A stretch of DNA of 64,000 nt. Origin: a bacterium. Lineage in GTDB: Bacteria > Electryoneota > JAOADG01. This document shows, one piece after another, positions 37,230 to 49,200 of this stretch. The position numbers and the translations under genes are program-made. Where the stretch lies: contig OY820579.1 of assembly GCA_963681965.1 (NCBI GenBank), positions 1,530,882 through 1,594,881 on the forward strand, read 5' to 3'. The notes under the pieces are model-generated. The model was not told the DNA's origin. It was given only the letters and a program-made list of their open reading frames with translations, and ran no database searches. Positions within the stretch are counted from its first letter, which is position 1. Each line of letters begins with the position of its first letter.

Positions 37230-38178
37230 TCCTGTCAATACTCCAAATCAAGGTAATAGCGATTTGGTCGAAACCACGCTCCCACGTAAGAAATTAGGAT
37301 GGATCATCGCACTGATCGTTCTCATCGTTGCCGGTATTGTCGGTTGGATGATCTATCGCAATTCGCTCGGTTTTATCTCAACCGATAATGCATTTATCGA
37401 TGCCAATCGCATGACCGTGAGTGCGAAAATTCTCGGTCGGATTGCAGAATTATCGATGAAAGAAGGGGATCCGGTTTCCTATGGACAAATTCTTGTCAAA
37501 TTGGATGACAGCGATCTGAAAGCGCAACTGGAGCAAGCGAAGACTGCGATTGTTTTGGCATCGGAGAATATCAAGCTAGCCAAGGTTAGCGAGGCGCGTG
37601 CCGAAGAGGATTTATTGCGCTCGGAAAAATTGAGCAAGGACAACGCGATCACTCGCGAGCAACTCGATCATGCGAATAAAGAGTTGGAAGCAGCGCATGC
37701 CCGCAATGCAATCGCCATCGCGCAGGAGAATTCTGCCAAATCGCAATTGAACGTTGTGGAAACACAATTGAAAAATACTACTGTCGTATCGCAAATGTCG
37801 GGTATTGTCGCGAAACGATGGTTGCTGCCCGGCGATGTAGTGCAACCCGGTCAAGCGATTTATTCACTCTACGATCTGGAAAATGTCTGGGTTACGGCGA
37901 ATTTCGAAGAAACGAAATTGCATTCGATCAAGTTGGACGTAACTGCTGAGATGATGTTAGACGCCTTTCCCGGGATTGTCTGGCACGGAAAAGTATATCA
38001 ATTGGGATCGAATACTGCATCGCAGTTTTCCCTCATTCCGCCAAACAACGCTTCCGGTAATTTTACTAAAGTGACACAACGAGTGCCGGTAAAGATATCG
38101 ATCGAGCATGAAAACAATAGTACTGATCGCAGATTATTACCCGGAATGTCGGTCGAAGTGAAATTGAAGGTCGGATAA
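37222..38178 (+). CDS. HlyD-family secretion protein (EmrA-like adaptor)
   Basis: TM anchor, coiled coil and a C-terminal NFTKVTQRVPVKI motif typical of EmrA. Start set at ATG 37222, giving an 8-nt ATGGATAA overlap with the tetR stop. Confidence 0.8.
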   Translation: MDNPVNTPNQGNSDLVETTLPRKKLGWIIALIVLIVAGIVGWMIYRNSLGFISTDNAFIDANRMTVSAKILGRIAELSMKEGDPVSYGQILVKLDDSDLKAQLEQAKTAIVLASENIKLAKVSEARAEEDLLRSEKLSKDNAITREQLDHANKELEAAHARNAIAIAQENSAKSQLNVVETQLKNTTVVSQMSGIVAKRWLLPGDVVQPGQAIYSLYDLENVWVTANFEETKLHSIKLDVTAEMMLDAFPGIVWHGKVYQLGSNTASQFSLIPPNNASGNFTKVTQRVPVKISIEHENNSTDRRLLPGMSVEVKLKVG

Positions 38179-38181
38179 GCA

Positions 38182-39801
38182 ATGCCGATTTCACCGCATC
38201 ACGCCCTGAAACGGCATATGCACGGTCGATTTGAATCGTTGCATCACGAGCACTCCAACTATAAATGGTGGGTGCTTTTCAATGTGATGATCGGGACCTT
38301 TATGGCGGTGCTCGATGCTACGATTGTCAATGTGGCATTGCCAAAAATCATGGCGACATTCGGCGTTTCCGTCGATAAAGTTGAATGGGTAGTAACTGCC
38401 TATATGCTGGTGTTCGCTGTGATGCTTCCGACTTCGGGTTGGATTGCCGATCATTACGGATACAAGCGAACCTATTTTGGTGCGCTATTTTTATTCACTT
38501 TCGGATCGTTTCTGTGCGGTATGGCATGGAACGAAGATGCACTAATTGTTTTTCGAATCGTCCAGGGTGCCGGTGCCGGTCTTCTTATGCCGGTCGGAAT
38601 GGCAATTGTTACCCGTATCTTTCCAGTCGAGGAACGGGGGATGGCACTCGGTTTCTGGTCAATATCGGCGGCTGCATCAGTCTCATTGGGACCACTCGTG
38701 GGTGGATATCTGGTCGATAACTTCAATTGGAGTTCGATCTTCGATGTCAATATCCCTGTCGGGATGTTCGGAATGTTGGCAACACTGATTATTCAACGAG
38801 AATTCAAAACATCGATCACGAGACGCTTCGACTTTGTTGGATTTACGTCGATGGCTGTGTTTCTTAGTTTCCTGTTGATTGCGCTTTCGGACGGCAATGC
38901 TGCCTGGAATACCGGTGGCTGGACTTCACCCTTTATTCTAACCTGTTTCAGTATTTCATTTGTCAGTTTTGTCATATTTATTACAACTGAACTGACCATC
39001 TTACATCCGTTAATCGAGTTGAATCTACTGAAGAACTTTAATTACTCTGTTACGAATGGCATTTTATTCGTCTTCGGGCTGGGCATGTTCGGCAGCACTT
39101 TTTTGATGCCGCTCTATTTGCAGAATTCGCTCGGTTACACTGCACTACAAGCAGGAGCAGTGTTTCTTCCTGTCGGTATTGCGCAAACACTTGTCTCGCC
39201 GATTGCAGGAATCGTTTCCGACCGTTATTCCCCGAAAATACCTTCGGCGATCGGAATCGTGCTGCTCGCGTATAGTCTCTGGCTCAGTAGTCAGTTGTCT
39301 TTATACACGGAATCGGGTTTCATTCTGTATATGATGGTGTTGCGCGGTTTTGCGATGGGATTGCTCTTTACGCCGCTTAGTGCGTTAGCATTGACAGGAA
39401 TTCCACGACAGAAAATGGCACAGGCGTCTGGATTGTTCAATGTAATAAGGCAGCTCGGTGGAAGCTTCGGAGTTGCGATTATGGGAGCGATGCTGACACA
39501 GAGGATGAATTTTCACCTCACTACCTATGGACAAGCAGTCGATCAACAATCGCCGGTATTCATTCAAATCTCCTCACGATTGCAATTATTTGCTAAAACA
39601 GCTTTGGGAAGTAATACGACCGATGCCGTTTCTCGGGCAAAAGCAATGATGATGAGTCATTTGTCGGCGCAATCGTTTGTCGATGCTATCAATGACGATT
39701 TCCTCATCGCTGCTGCAATAACTATTGTTGGCTTATTTCCAATATTCATTCTCCGGAGTGTCGCGAAAAATCGGAGCATTAAACCGAAGAAAGTTAACTA
39801 G
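38182..39801 (+). CDS. MFS transporter, DHA2 (EmrB/QacA) family, 14 TM
   Basis: FMAVLDATIVNVALPKI and GWIADHYGYKRTY motifs; 539 aa. Confidence 0.85.
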   Translation: MPISPHHALKRHMHGRFESLHHEHSNYKWWVLFNVMIGTFMAVLDATIVNVALPKIMATFGVSVDKVEWVVTAYMLVFAVMLPTSGWIADHYGYKRTYFGALFLFTFGSFLCGMAWNEDALIVFRIVQGAGAGLLMPVGMAIVTRIFPVEERGMALGFWSISAAASVSLGPLVGGYLVDNFNWSSIFDVNIPVGMFGMLATLIIQREFKTSITRRFDFVGFTSMAVFLSFLLIALSDGNAAWNTGGWTSPFILTCFSISFVSFVIFITTELTILHPLIELNLLKNFNYSVTNGILFVFGLGMFGSTFLMPLYLQNSLGYTALQAGAVFLPVGIAQTLVSPIAGIVSDRYSPKIPSAIGIVLLAYSLWLSSQLSLYTESGFILYMMVLRGFAMGLLFTPLSALALTGIPRQKMAQASGLFNVIRQLGGSFGVAIMGAMLTQRMNFHLTTYGQAVDQQSPVFIQISSRLQLFAKTALGSNTTDAVSRAKAMMMSHLSAQSFVDAINDDFLIAAAITIVGLFPIFILRSVAKNRSIKPKKVN

Positions 39802-39838
39802 TTTCTTATAATCGATCGATTAAGTATCGGGTGCAAGT

Positions 39839-41158
39839 ATGAAGATCATTAGGGTTTGGTTATTCTTTACAATATTGATGTGTTCTAGCGTATTAGCCGA
39901 ACCTCGCCAGACGGATTCGTTGACTTTATCCGAAGCTTTGCGTATTGCGGTAGCCAACTATCCGACTGTCGAACAATCGTTCGAGAATTGGCAGTCCGCG
40001 CGTTCCCGCGCCGACCAAAGTAGCACTAGTCTGCAACCGGTTATCGATCTGGAGGCTGGTTATACTTGGTTGAATCCGATCTCAGCAATCGAGATTCCAC
40101 ATTCTCCGCCAATGAAGGTCTATCCGGAGGACAACTATGACATTCATTTGGTCGGTCGATATTTAATCACCGATTTTGGTAAAACGACTTCAGCCATCGA
40201 ATGGAATCGCAAGCGCGCAGCCACTTCCAAATTCAATATCGATATTGCCAAAGCCAACATCGCCTTTTGGACCGCGCAATCGTATTTATCGATAATTTTC
40301 TACCGGAACTCTATTGCGACTCAGACACAATTAATCGAAAACCTTGAGCAACATTTATCACTCACTGAAAAACTGATTGCGGGAGGTGTGGCAATCGATC
40401 TCGATCGCCTTTCGACATCGGTACGAATCGATCTAGCAAAGAACCAGCGATCCGATCTGGAGAATAACATGCGAAAGCAGGAAATCCAGTTGAATCGCTT
40501 ATTGATGAATGTTCAGGATTCGTATGTCAATCTTGTCAATTCGTTTCAAGCAGTCGATACGCTACCGGACGAAGCGCAAGCTGTCGCGATGGCATTGCGA
40601 TTACGACCGGAACTGATTGCTGCCCGTGAAGAAGAAGCGAATACTTTGCTTCAAATTCGATCGATTTCCTTGGGAAATAATCCGAGTGTTGGTGCGTATG
40701 CTCAATGGGGCATGAAGAATGGTATGGAACCGAATATCTATGCGATCCGCGGAAATTCAATTGTAGGATTGAAATTTCAACTTCCAGTGTTCAATGCTGG
40801 AATTGTGAATCACAAAATAGCCGAAGCGAAAGCGATACAAAGAAGCGCATCGGCAAGAACGCGAGAGCTAGAGCGTCAGATTGCTGCGGAAGTGCGTCAA
40901 TCGATCTCCGATCTCAAAGCAGCAATTGTGAAACTTCAAACAGTAGATCGTCAAATCAGATTGTCGCAATCCGAAGTTGAAACTGCTACAGCACGATATC
41001 GCGCTGGAACAATTCGAAATCTCGATCTGCTGGATGCTGAAACGACTTTTGCCCAAGTCAAATTGTTAAAAACTCAAGCTGAGTTTGCTTATACCATGAC
41101 CCAGTACGCGCTAGCCAAAGCAGTTGGTACCGAGTATTGGAACAATCAATCCAAATAG
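39839..41158 (+). CDS. TolC-family outer membrane efflux protein
   Basis: Signal peptide, two-fold internal repeat architecture, 439 aa, and position between two efflux pumps. Confidence 0.75.
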   Translation: MKIIRVWLFFTILMCSSVLAEPRQTDSLTLSEALRIAVANYPTVEQSFENWQSARSRADQSSTSLQPVIDLEAGYTWLNPISAIEIPHSPPMKVYPEDNYDIHLVGRYLITDFGKTTSAIEWNRKRAATSKFNIDIAKANIAFWTAQSYLSIIFYRNSIATQTQLIENLEQHLSLTEKLIAGGVAIDLDRLSTSVRIDLAKNQRSDLENNMRKQEIQLNRLLMNVQDSYVNLVNSFQAVDTLPDEAQAVAMALRLRPELIAAREEEANTLLQIRSISLGNNPSVGAYAQWGMKNGMEPNIYAIRGNSIVGLKFQLPVFNAGIVNHKIAEAKAIQRSASARTRELERQIAAEVRQSISDLKAAIVKLQTVDRQIRLSQSEVETATARYRAGTIRNLDLLDAETTFAQVKLLKTQAEFAYTMTQYALAKAVGTEYWNNQSK

Positions 41159-41191
41159 CGTTTGCGATCATTTTCGGTCGATCGAGGACTC

Positions 41192-42244
41192 ATGAAAAGC
41201 AAAATGAAATACGTCTGGTTGTTAATAGTGCTGATCATATTAGGTTCGGTGATTTTTTGGCGAATTAAATCGCGAACCGATCCAGTCGATGCGAAGCGAC
41301 AAAACTCAGTACAAGTAAAAGCAGATTTGCCAAAGTCTGACACCATTGTCTATACGCTGAATTATACCGGCGATGTTGCATCGATGCAACAGGCGAACAT
41401 TTATGCGAAAGTCACCGGTAACATCGAAAAGATATTTGTAAATATCGGTGAATCGGTCAAAGAGGGACAACTGTTGGCGCTGATCGATACGACCGAACTA
41501 TCGCAATCTTATATGCAATCGCTGGCAACTTTCGAAAATGCGCGGTTGACTTACAACCGGGTTAGCGGTCTCTTCGATCAGAAATTAGCTTCGAAACAGG
41601 ATTTCGATAACAGTAAAACTGCATTCGATATCGCGAAAGCAAATTTTGAATCGACGAAGTTACGGCTCAGTTATGCTTGGATTTGTGCGCCGTTTTCGGG
41701 AGTGATCACAAAACGGTATTTCGATCAAGGTGCGATGGTGACTTCGACAAACACGATCCTATTCAATTTGATGGATGCAAATTCGATGAAGTTGACAATC
41801 GAATTGTTGGAGAAAGATATCGCGCTGGTAAAAAGTGGAATGCCCGTCACAATATCGGTCGACGCATTTCCGGGTAAAAAGTATTCCGGTATTGTGAGCC
41901 GGTTCAGCGAGGCGATTGATCCTGCAACCCGAACGATGGATACCGAAATTAGAGTTCCCAATGTTGGAAGAGAGTTGAAACCGGGCATGTTCGCTCGTGC
42001 CGCGATTGTCGTCGATCGTCATGAGAATGCCTTAACTATCCCGACACAGGCGATTGCGAAAAATGAATCGGGAGCGACAATCTTTACAGTATCGAATGGC
42101 ATCGCGAAACGAGTTAAGATTGAAGTCGGAAAAGAGCAAGGCACAATTTCCGAAGTGACCAAAGGAATCGATGCTGAGGATAGTGTCATTACCGTTGGGA
42201 TGCAATCCGTCCGGGATGGTGGTAAGGTTAACGTTCAGAAATAG
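41192..42244 (+). CDS. Efflux RND periplasmic adaptor subunit
   Basis: MKSKMKYVWLLIVLIILGS anchor, and the ICAPFSGVITKR..GAMV lipoyl/beta-barrel motif. Start set at ATG 41192, after GAGGA. Confidence 0.8.
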   Translation: MKSKMKYVWLLIVLIILGSVIFWRIKSRTDPVDAKRQNSVQVKADLPKSDTIVYTLNYTGDVASMQQANIYAKVTGNIEKIFVNIGESVKEGQLLALIDTTELSQSYMQSLATFENARLTYNRVSGLFDQKLASKQDFDNSKTAFDIAKANFESTKLRLSYAWICAPFSGVITKRYFDQGAMVTSTNTILFNLMDANSMKLTIELLEKDIALVKSGMPVTISVDAFPGKKYSGIVSRFSEAIDPATRTMDTEIRVPNVGRELKPGMFARAAIVVDRHENALTIPTQAIAKNESGATIFTVSNGIAKRVKIEVGKEQGTISEVTKGIDAEDSVITVGMQSVRDGGKVNVQK

Positions 42245-42258
42245 AAAGCAGTCGCATT

Positions 42259-45200
42259 ATGTGGCTTACTAGATTAGCGCTTCGTTATCCGATTTCAACC
42301 TTTTTGTTCGCTGTGACGCTTGTCGTACTGGGACTCGTCTCGTTCGGACAGTTACAAGTCGATTTGTTACCGGATATCTCGATTCCAGTTGTTAGTACGG
42401 TGACTTATTATTCCGGTGCCGGTCCATTGGATATGGAGCAATCGGTAACGGTGATTACCGAACGAGCCGTGAGTTCGGTGAATGACGTCGATTATATCCA
42501 ATCTACCACCCGGGAAGGGGTTTCGCGGGTTCGCATCAATTTCAACTGGGATGCCAATGTCGATGTCGGGGTTGTCGACATTGTGCAACGCGTAAACCGA
42601 ATTATCAATCAACTTCCAACCGGTGTATCGCAACCCACCGTTCAACGCTTCGATATCACTTCGCAACCGGTCTGTACGATTGCACTATCCGGCGAAATGG
42701 ATGAGCGAGATTTGTATGATCTTGCCTACAATATCATCGAACCGCAAATCGAACATTTATCAGGTGTGGCATCAGCCAACGTTTCCGGTGGTCGAATTCG
42801 CGAAATTCATATTGTACTGGATCGAAATCGACTTCAAGCGTTACAAATACCCGTTCAATCGGTGTTAAATGCAATCGCAAATTCGAATTTAATTATCCCA
42901 TCTGGCGACTTGAAGGTTGGAAAATACGACTATTCATTGAAAACCGAGAGTCGTTTCAATATGGTCAAACCGATTGAATCGATCGTCGTTAAGAATATGA
43001 ATAGTGTTCCAATTCGGTTAAGCGATGTCGCTAAAGTCGAAGACAGTTATATTGAGCAGACGCAATTGATTCGGGTCGATGGAAAACCCGGGATCATGTT
43101 CGAAGTACAAAAACTTTCCAAAGCGAATACGATCGATGTCGTCGACCGTGTCATGCGTGCAATTCCCAAATTGAATGGCATCCCGCCGACAGTTCGGATG
43201 TCGATCACCTTCGATCAATCGGTATACATTCGCCAGACGATGACCGGTCTTCAGCACGAAGCCTTGATCGGTGCGCTACTGGCAATGGCAATCATCTTCT
43301 TTTTCTTGCGCAATATCAAGGGAACTACAATTATTCTGGTAGCAATTCCGCTATCGATCTTGTTTACCTTCATCTTTTTCCGGTTTGCCGGCATTACATT
43401 GAATATCATGACTTTTGGCGGATTGGCACTCGCGATCGGGCGGTTGGTTGACGATTCGATTGTCGAGCTGGAAGCAATATCGCGCCACTACAATACCCGG
43501 CAAAAGGGGCAATCGAAGCTTCAAGCCACACTCGATGCTGCGAAAGAAGTGGCAGCGCCGATTTTTATCTCGACACTTAGTACGATTATTGTTTTCCTAC
43601 CGATTATTTTCTTAACCGGTATCGCCAAATTGTTGTTTATCCCATTAACGATAACCATCGCTATCGCCTTGATGGGATCATTCCTAGTCTCGCGAACCGT
43701 TACACCGTTACTCTGTTTGAAATTTCTCCCACCCGAGAAACATCTCAACCGTGAATCGAAGCAGTTCTGGGATCGCATGCAAGTATGGTCATTCGAATTG
43801 ATCGAAACACTCGATCGCATCTATGAAAACCGTTTGCGATGGGCTTTGGCGAATCGAAAATTGATGGTGTTTTCAATTGTACTACTAGGGATTATATCTG
43901 CTTGCCTATTTAATTTCATCGGGTCGGAATTCTTCCCCGATCAGGATGAAAGTCAATTTACCGTCAATGTGAAATTGCCAGTTGGTACGCGCGTGGACGA
44001 AACGGACAAGTTCATGCGCATCGTCGAAAAAATTGTTCGCGATAATGTACCGGAATTGAATACGATTATTACAAATATCGGAGTGGCATCGTCGCGTGGC
44101 GGTGGGGGAGGTGGTCGTGGTAATTCGGGGTCGCATGCCGGAAATGTCCAAGTATCTTTGAAACCAGTGAAGGATCGCGATCGATCGGTATTTGAAATCG
44201 TGAAAGCGCTCCGACCGAAACTGAATCGCGTTGCCGGTGCATCGATCATGGTCAATACCGGTGGTATGATGAAATTCCTGATGAATTTTGGATCATCGGC
44301 ACCGATCGACGTGGAAATTCGCGGTTACGATCTCGAAACTGGAACTAAACTAGCTAAAAAAATCCTGGGGATTGTCAATGAAACTCGCGGTGCAACCGAC
44401 GCCCAAATAACTCGCGAAGATAATTTACCGGAATTGCGGGTAAAAATCGATCGCGAAAAGGCAGGTGTACTCGGGGTAAACGTTGCCCAAATTGCAAATA
44501 CGATCAATACTTGCATCAACGGTTCGGTTGCTTCGTTATACACCGATCCGGTATCGGGAAATCAGTATAATATTCTGGTACGGTTGAGTGAAGATTATCG
44601 CAATGAACTTGACGATCTTGGCAACATCGTGCTAGCTAATAGCGACGGTCAATCGATATTATTGCGCAATATCGCAACGATTGAACGAACGAATTCGCCG
44701 GTTCAGATCGATCGAAAATATCAGCAACGATTGGTCGAAGTCACAGCCAATGTTTCCGGACGTGATTTAGGAAGTGTCGCGAAGGATATCAAAGCGCGGT
44801 TGGATAGTCTGGTCGTACCACCCGGATTTGAACTCAAGTTGAGTGGCAATGTCGAGAAGCAGAAGCAAACCTTTTCGGATCTACTGTTAGCATTTGGTCT
44901 AGCTATTTTATTGGTGTATGTGGTGATGTCTTCGCAATTCCAATCGTTGCTAGACCCCTTCATCATTATGTTTACCGTACCATTAGGTTTAATTGGGGTA
45001 CTGTGGACGCTTTTCCTCACGAATACGACACTTTCAGTTACATCCTTTCAGGGGATTATCGTGATGGTAGGTATTGTCGTCAGTAATGGAATTTTGTTAG
45101 TCGATTTTACTAATCATATCCGACGTACCGGCGTACCGCTTGTCGATGCAGTGGTCAAAGCAGGTGTAACCCGGCTCAAGCCGATTATCATGACTTCGCT

Positions 45201-45396
45201 TGTTACCGTTCTCGGACTATTACCCATGGCACTGAGTATCGGCGGTGAATCAACTCAGGCACCGCTTGCACTAGCTGTGATTGGTGGATTATCTGTTTCG
45301 ACCTTACTTACCCTATTCTTCGTACCAGTGATGTATACGATCTTTGAAGAACGGGTAAAGAGTAAAAAAGTAGTTGAAGAACAGGATGAAGACTGA
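42259..45396 (+). CDS. RND efflux transporter permease (AcrB/HAE1 family)
   Basis: 1045 aa with 12-TM topology and two large periplasmic loops. Includes the GLALAIGRLVDDSIV motif. Confidence 0.9.
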   Translation: MWLTRLALRYPISTFLFAVTLVVLGLVSFGQLQVDLLPDISIPVVSTVTYYSGAGPLDMEQSVTVITERAVSSVNDVDYIQSTTREGVSRVRINFNWDANVDVGVVDIVQRVNRIINQLPTGVSQPTVQRFDITSQPVCTIALSGEMDERDLYDLAYNIIEPQIEHLSGVASANVSGGRIREIHIVLDRNRLQALQIPVQSVLNAIANSNLIIPSGDLKVGKYDYSLKTESRFNMVKPIESIVVKNMNSVPIRLSDVAKVEDSYIEQTQLIRVDGKPGIMFEVQKLSKANTIDVVDRVMRAIPKLNGIPPTVRMSITFDQSVYIRQTMTGLQHEALIGALLAMAIIFFFLRNIKGTTIILVAIPLSILFTFIFFRFAGITLNIMTFGGLALAIGRLVDDSIVELEAISRHYNTRQKGQSKLQATLDAAKEVAAPIFISTLSTIIVFLPIIFLTGIAKLLFIPLTITIAIALMGSFLVSRTVTPLLCLKFLPPEKHLNRESKQFWDRMQVWSFELIETLDRIYENRLRWALANRKLMVFSIVLLGIISACLFNFIGSEFFPDQDESQFTVNVKLPVGTRVDETDKFMRIVEKIVRDNVPELNTIITNIGVASSRGGGGGGRGNSGSHAGNVQVSLKPVKDRDRSVFEIVKALRPKLNRVAGASIMVNTGGMMKFLMNFGSSAPIDVEIRGYDLETGTKLAKKILGIVNETRGATDAQITREDNLPELRVKIDREKAGVLGVNVAQIANTINTCINGSVASLYTDPVSGNQYNILVRLSEDYRNELDDLGNIVLANSDGQSILLRNIATIERTNSPVQIDRKYQQRLVEVTANVSGRDLGSVAKDIKARLDSLVVPPGFELKLSGNVEKQKQTFSDLLLAFGLAILLVYVVMSSQFQSLLDPFIIMFTVPLGLIGVLWTLFLTNTTLSVTSFQGIIVMVGIVVSNGILLVDFTNHIRRTGVPLVDAVVKAGVTRLKPIIMTSLVTVLGLLPMALSIGGESTQAPLALAVIGGLSVSTLLTLFFVPVMYTIFEERVKSKKVVEEQDED

Positions 45397-45435
45397 GAAG
45401 TATTTATTCAAGTTAATTGATAGTAGGCGATTACT

Positions 45436-46215
45436 ATGACTCGATATCCGTTACTTTTCCTTGCCCACGGTTCACCGATGAATGCCATCGAGTTGAATGA
45501 GTGGAGTCGCGGTTATCGCAGTATTGCCGAAGCGCTCCCGCGACCGAAAGCTATTTTGGTGGTGTCGGCACATTGGTTTGTTCCGGGATGTTATGTTACC
45601 GATAATGATCATCCCCGCACTATCCATGATTTTAGCGGTTTTCCGCGAGAGTTGTTTGACGTTCAGTATCCAGCACCGGGCGATCCAAGATTGGCGAAAC
45701 GAATAGTCGAATTAATCGGTTCGGAAAATGCGAGTCTTCGATCCGATTGGGGTCTCGATCATGGTAGTTGGAGTATCTTAAAACACCTTTTTCCTGCCGC
45801 CGATATTCCCGTAGTTCAACTCAGTATCGATCGACGATTGCTGCCTCATGCACATCTGGAATTGGGACGTAAATTGAAACCGCTGCGCGAAGAAGATGTT
45901 CTCATTATTGGAAGCGGAAATATTACTCACAATCTCCCCGTCGTTTTTAACGATCTGCAGCAGGGCAATCATACTACTCCCGATTGGGCAAAAGAATTCG
46001 ATGACCAAGTCGCAACGGCGCTCGGTAAATTCGATACCGATTTCTTGTTGAAATGTATTTCAGGCTCATTAGGAAAGATGTCGCATCCGACGGTTGACCA
46101 CTATTTACCGCTATTATATGTCGTGGGTGCAGCCGAAAGAGACGAGCGAATTCAATTCCCAATCGTTGGTTTCGATCTTGGATCGTTATCGATGCGCTCG
46201 GTACGGATTGGCTAG
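45436..46215 (+). CDS. ygiD: 4,5-DOPA dioxygenase extradiol-like (class III extradiol dioxygenase, YgiD family)
   Basis: LFLAHGSPMNAIE N-terminus, SAHW motif and IIGSGNITHNL motif. Confidence 0.8.
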   Translation: MTRYPLLFLAHGSPMNAIELNEWSRGYRSIAEALPRPKAILVVSAHWFVPGCYVTDNDHPRTIHDFSGFPRELFDVQYPAPGDPRLAKRIVELIGSENASLRSDWGLDHGSWSILKHLFPAADIPVVQLSIDRRLLPHAHLELGRKLKPLREEDVLIIGSGNITHNLPVVFNDLQQGNHTTPDWAKEFDDQVATALGKFDTDFLLKCISGSLGKMSHPTVDHYLPLLYVVGAAERDERIQFPIVGFDLGSLSMRSVRIG

Positions 46216-46225
46216 ATAAAAAAAA

Positions 46226-49200
46226 TCAGCTTTCCCGAGTTCTCGATAATTCGTGTTTGACTGCCATACCGATTCGATCCAGCAAATACGGTTTCCGAAC
46301 ATATGCACCGGCACCAAGTTGTTGGGCTCTTTTCACACGCTCGGTTTCGGAAAAACCACTGACTAAAATCGCTTTTTGATCTGGGTTGTGTTTCAGAATT
46401 TGGATATAGGTTTCGAGCCCGTCGATCCCGGGATCCATAATCATATCCATCACCAATAAATCGAATTTCTTCGCTTTCACCAATTCAATCGCCTTCTCGC
46501 CGGATTCTGCCGTTACTACTTCATAACCTAGATTTGTTAACAATTGTGCCGCCAAATTACGTTGACCTTCGACATCGTCGATCACCAATATCGCTTCACC
46601 CTTGCCCTGCATCTCTTCGATCGAATGTGGAAGATCGGTTTCAGTAACTTGTTCACGGCTCATCGGGAAGTACAAAGAGAACGTACTGCCGATCCCCGGT
46701 TCGCTGGTTACATCGATATATCCATCGTGATCTTTGACTGTTCCCCAAACGACGGCAAGACCGAGACCGGTACCACTGCGACCCATTACCTTTTTAGTAT
46801 AGAACGGCTCGAAAATCCGATTTAAGTCGTTTTGAGAAATTCCGGTGCCATTGTCTGTTACAGTGAGTAGAACGTATTCGCCTTCTTTCGTGTGGTCGTA
46901 TCCGCGGATCGGACGATCCACGTAAATGTTCTCGGTTTTAATTGTAACCAGACCTTTGTCGGGGATTGCTTCCATCGCATTATTCAATAAATTCATCACC
47001 GATTTACTAAGATGAACCGGAGATCCTTTCGTATTGCACAAGTGCTTGTCCAAATCCGTTTTTACCTGTACATCGGGATGTAATGACTGAATTGATTCAA
47101 ATTCCGGTGATTCGATGAATTCCGAGATTATCGAATTTAAATTTATAATTTGCGAGACCGCAACGCCTCGTCTGGCAAGCGTCAAAAGGTCCTGAATAAT
47201 AGCCGCGGCACGTTGTCCACCGCGCAATATTTGATGTGCATGGTCGCGCATCGGGTTGTTTTCGGGAAGTCCCATAATCAGTAGCTCGGAATATCCCACG
47301 AGAATTCCTAAAACGTTGTTCAAGTCATGTGCAACGCCACCGGCGAGTGTCCCCAACGCCTCCATCTTCTGTGATCTTTGCAATCGCTCTTCAAGGTTTT
47401 TGCGTTCTTCCTCGGTATGTTTTCGAGCAGTGATGTCGAGATGCGTCCCAGTCATGCGGGTTGGAATTCCGTGTTGATCCCATTCGGTTATTTTACCACG
47501 GTCAAGAACCCAAATCCACTTTCCACTCTTGTGAAGAAGCCGTATTTCACATTCGTAATTTGGCGTTTCACCCGCAAAGTGTTTCTTTAATGCCGATTCC
47601 GAAAGTAACAGATCGTCGGGATGGCAGAGTTGATGCCAAATCTTGGATCGTAAATTAGATATTTCTGACAACTGGTATCCAACAATCTCTGCCCAACGTT
47701 CATTGTAAATCGTTTCGTCGGTGGCAATATTCCAATCCCATAAACCGACCCCCGAACCCTCAATGGCTAGTGTTAAACGCTCTTCTGAGACCTGACGTTT
47801 GTGATCAGCTACAACCCGTTCAGTTATGTCGCGAGCGACGGCATAAATTAGTTCACCTTGCGGATAGGAACGCCATTCAATCCAGCGATATTCGCCGTTC
47901 TTGGCACGGTATCGATTTGTAAAGCTTAGAACCACTTGTTGATTGGATAGCTGGCTGATCGCATGTACTGTCGACTCAAGATCGTCGGGATGAATGAAAT
48001 CGAGAAACAACTGACCTTCGAGTTCCGATAACGAGTAACCCAGTGTCTTTTCCCATTCGGGATTTAATCGACGAAAATGACCTCCAGTATCGGCGATACA
48101 GAGCAGATCGAGACTGGAAGAGAAATACCGATCCAGCTCTACGGTTTTGGCGCGAAGTGCGTCTTCGGCTTCTTTGCGTTGCGAAATATCTTTCGCAATA
48201 CAAAGAACACTAAGTACTTCACCGGAATCATTCTTGATCGGTGTGATCGTCGTGAGATAGAACGAAGAACCGTTCGTCGTGGGTACTTTACCTTCAATGA
48301 ATGACGTTACGCCACTTTCAAATACTTGTCTAACTGCTTCAAATCTTCGATTTGCCTCTTCAAACGAAAATATATCCCAAATTTTCTTGCCGGTTATCTG
48401 TTCTGGTTTGGCGCCGAAGGCTGATGCAAAGGCATTGTTCACGTAACGGTAGGATCCGTCGCGGTTGAAGCTGAAGATAGGATCGGTTGATTCCTCTAGT
48501 AGAATCCGATATTTTTCTTCGCTTTCGCGAAGTGCATTTTCGATGTGTTTTCGCTGAGTGATATCGCGACCGATAATTACAATCCCTTTGCGAGATCCAT
48601 CCGGGAAAAACATCGGGACTTTGATGATGTCGAAGATCAAATCCCAACCATTGGGAAAAGGAATGATCGCATCGAACCGGATTGGCGATCCTGAAATGAA
48701 ACATTGTTCGTCGGTAATGGTTGCACGAAGGAACGTCGAGCGGTGAGTTGGAATAAGGTCGGCAAATTCGGTGTCGGTATGATATCGATAGCTCGATGGA
48801 TCGATTCCGTATAGCGATAGAACGAAGTTATTCGCTTCGATCCATCGACATTCAGCGTCTTTAAAAATTACAATATCAGGTAACGAATTGATCAAAGTAC
48901 GTAATTGTTCTTCGCTCTCACGCAATGCTTCCGATTGTTGGTTGCTTTGAACTAAAATTCGTTTCAATTCAGCCGTGCGCTGTTCGACCGTTCGACGGAG
49001 CGTTCGATTCCAGATAATCAGAATCACAACCAATAGACCGACAATCGAAACAATAAATGCAAAGTATTTCAAGTATTCTTTGTATTTTGTTTCGGTGCCA
49101 TACCATTTTCGTTCGATTGCACGATATTCCGCGGGATCGATTAACGAAAACCCATTTTCGATTTTCTGCAGAAGAGCGCTATTGCCTTTTTTAACAGCGC

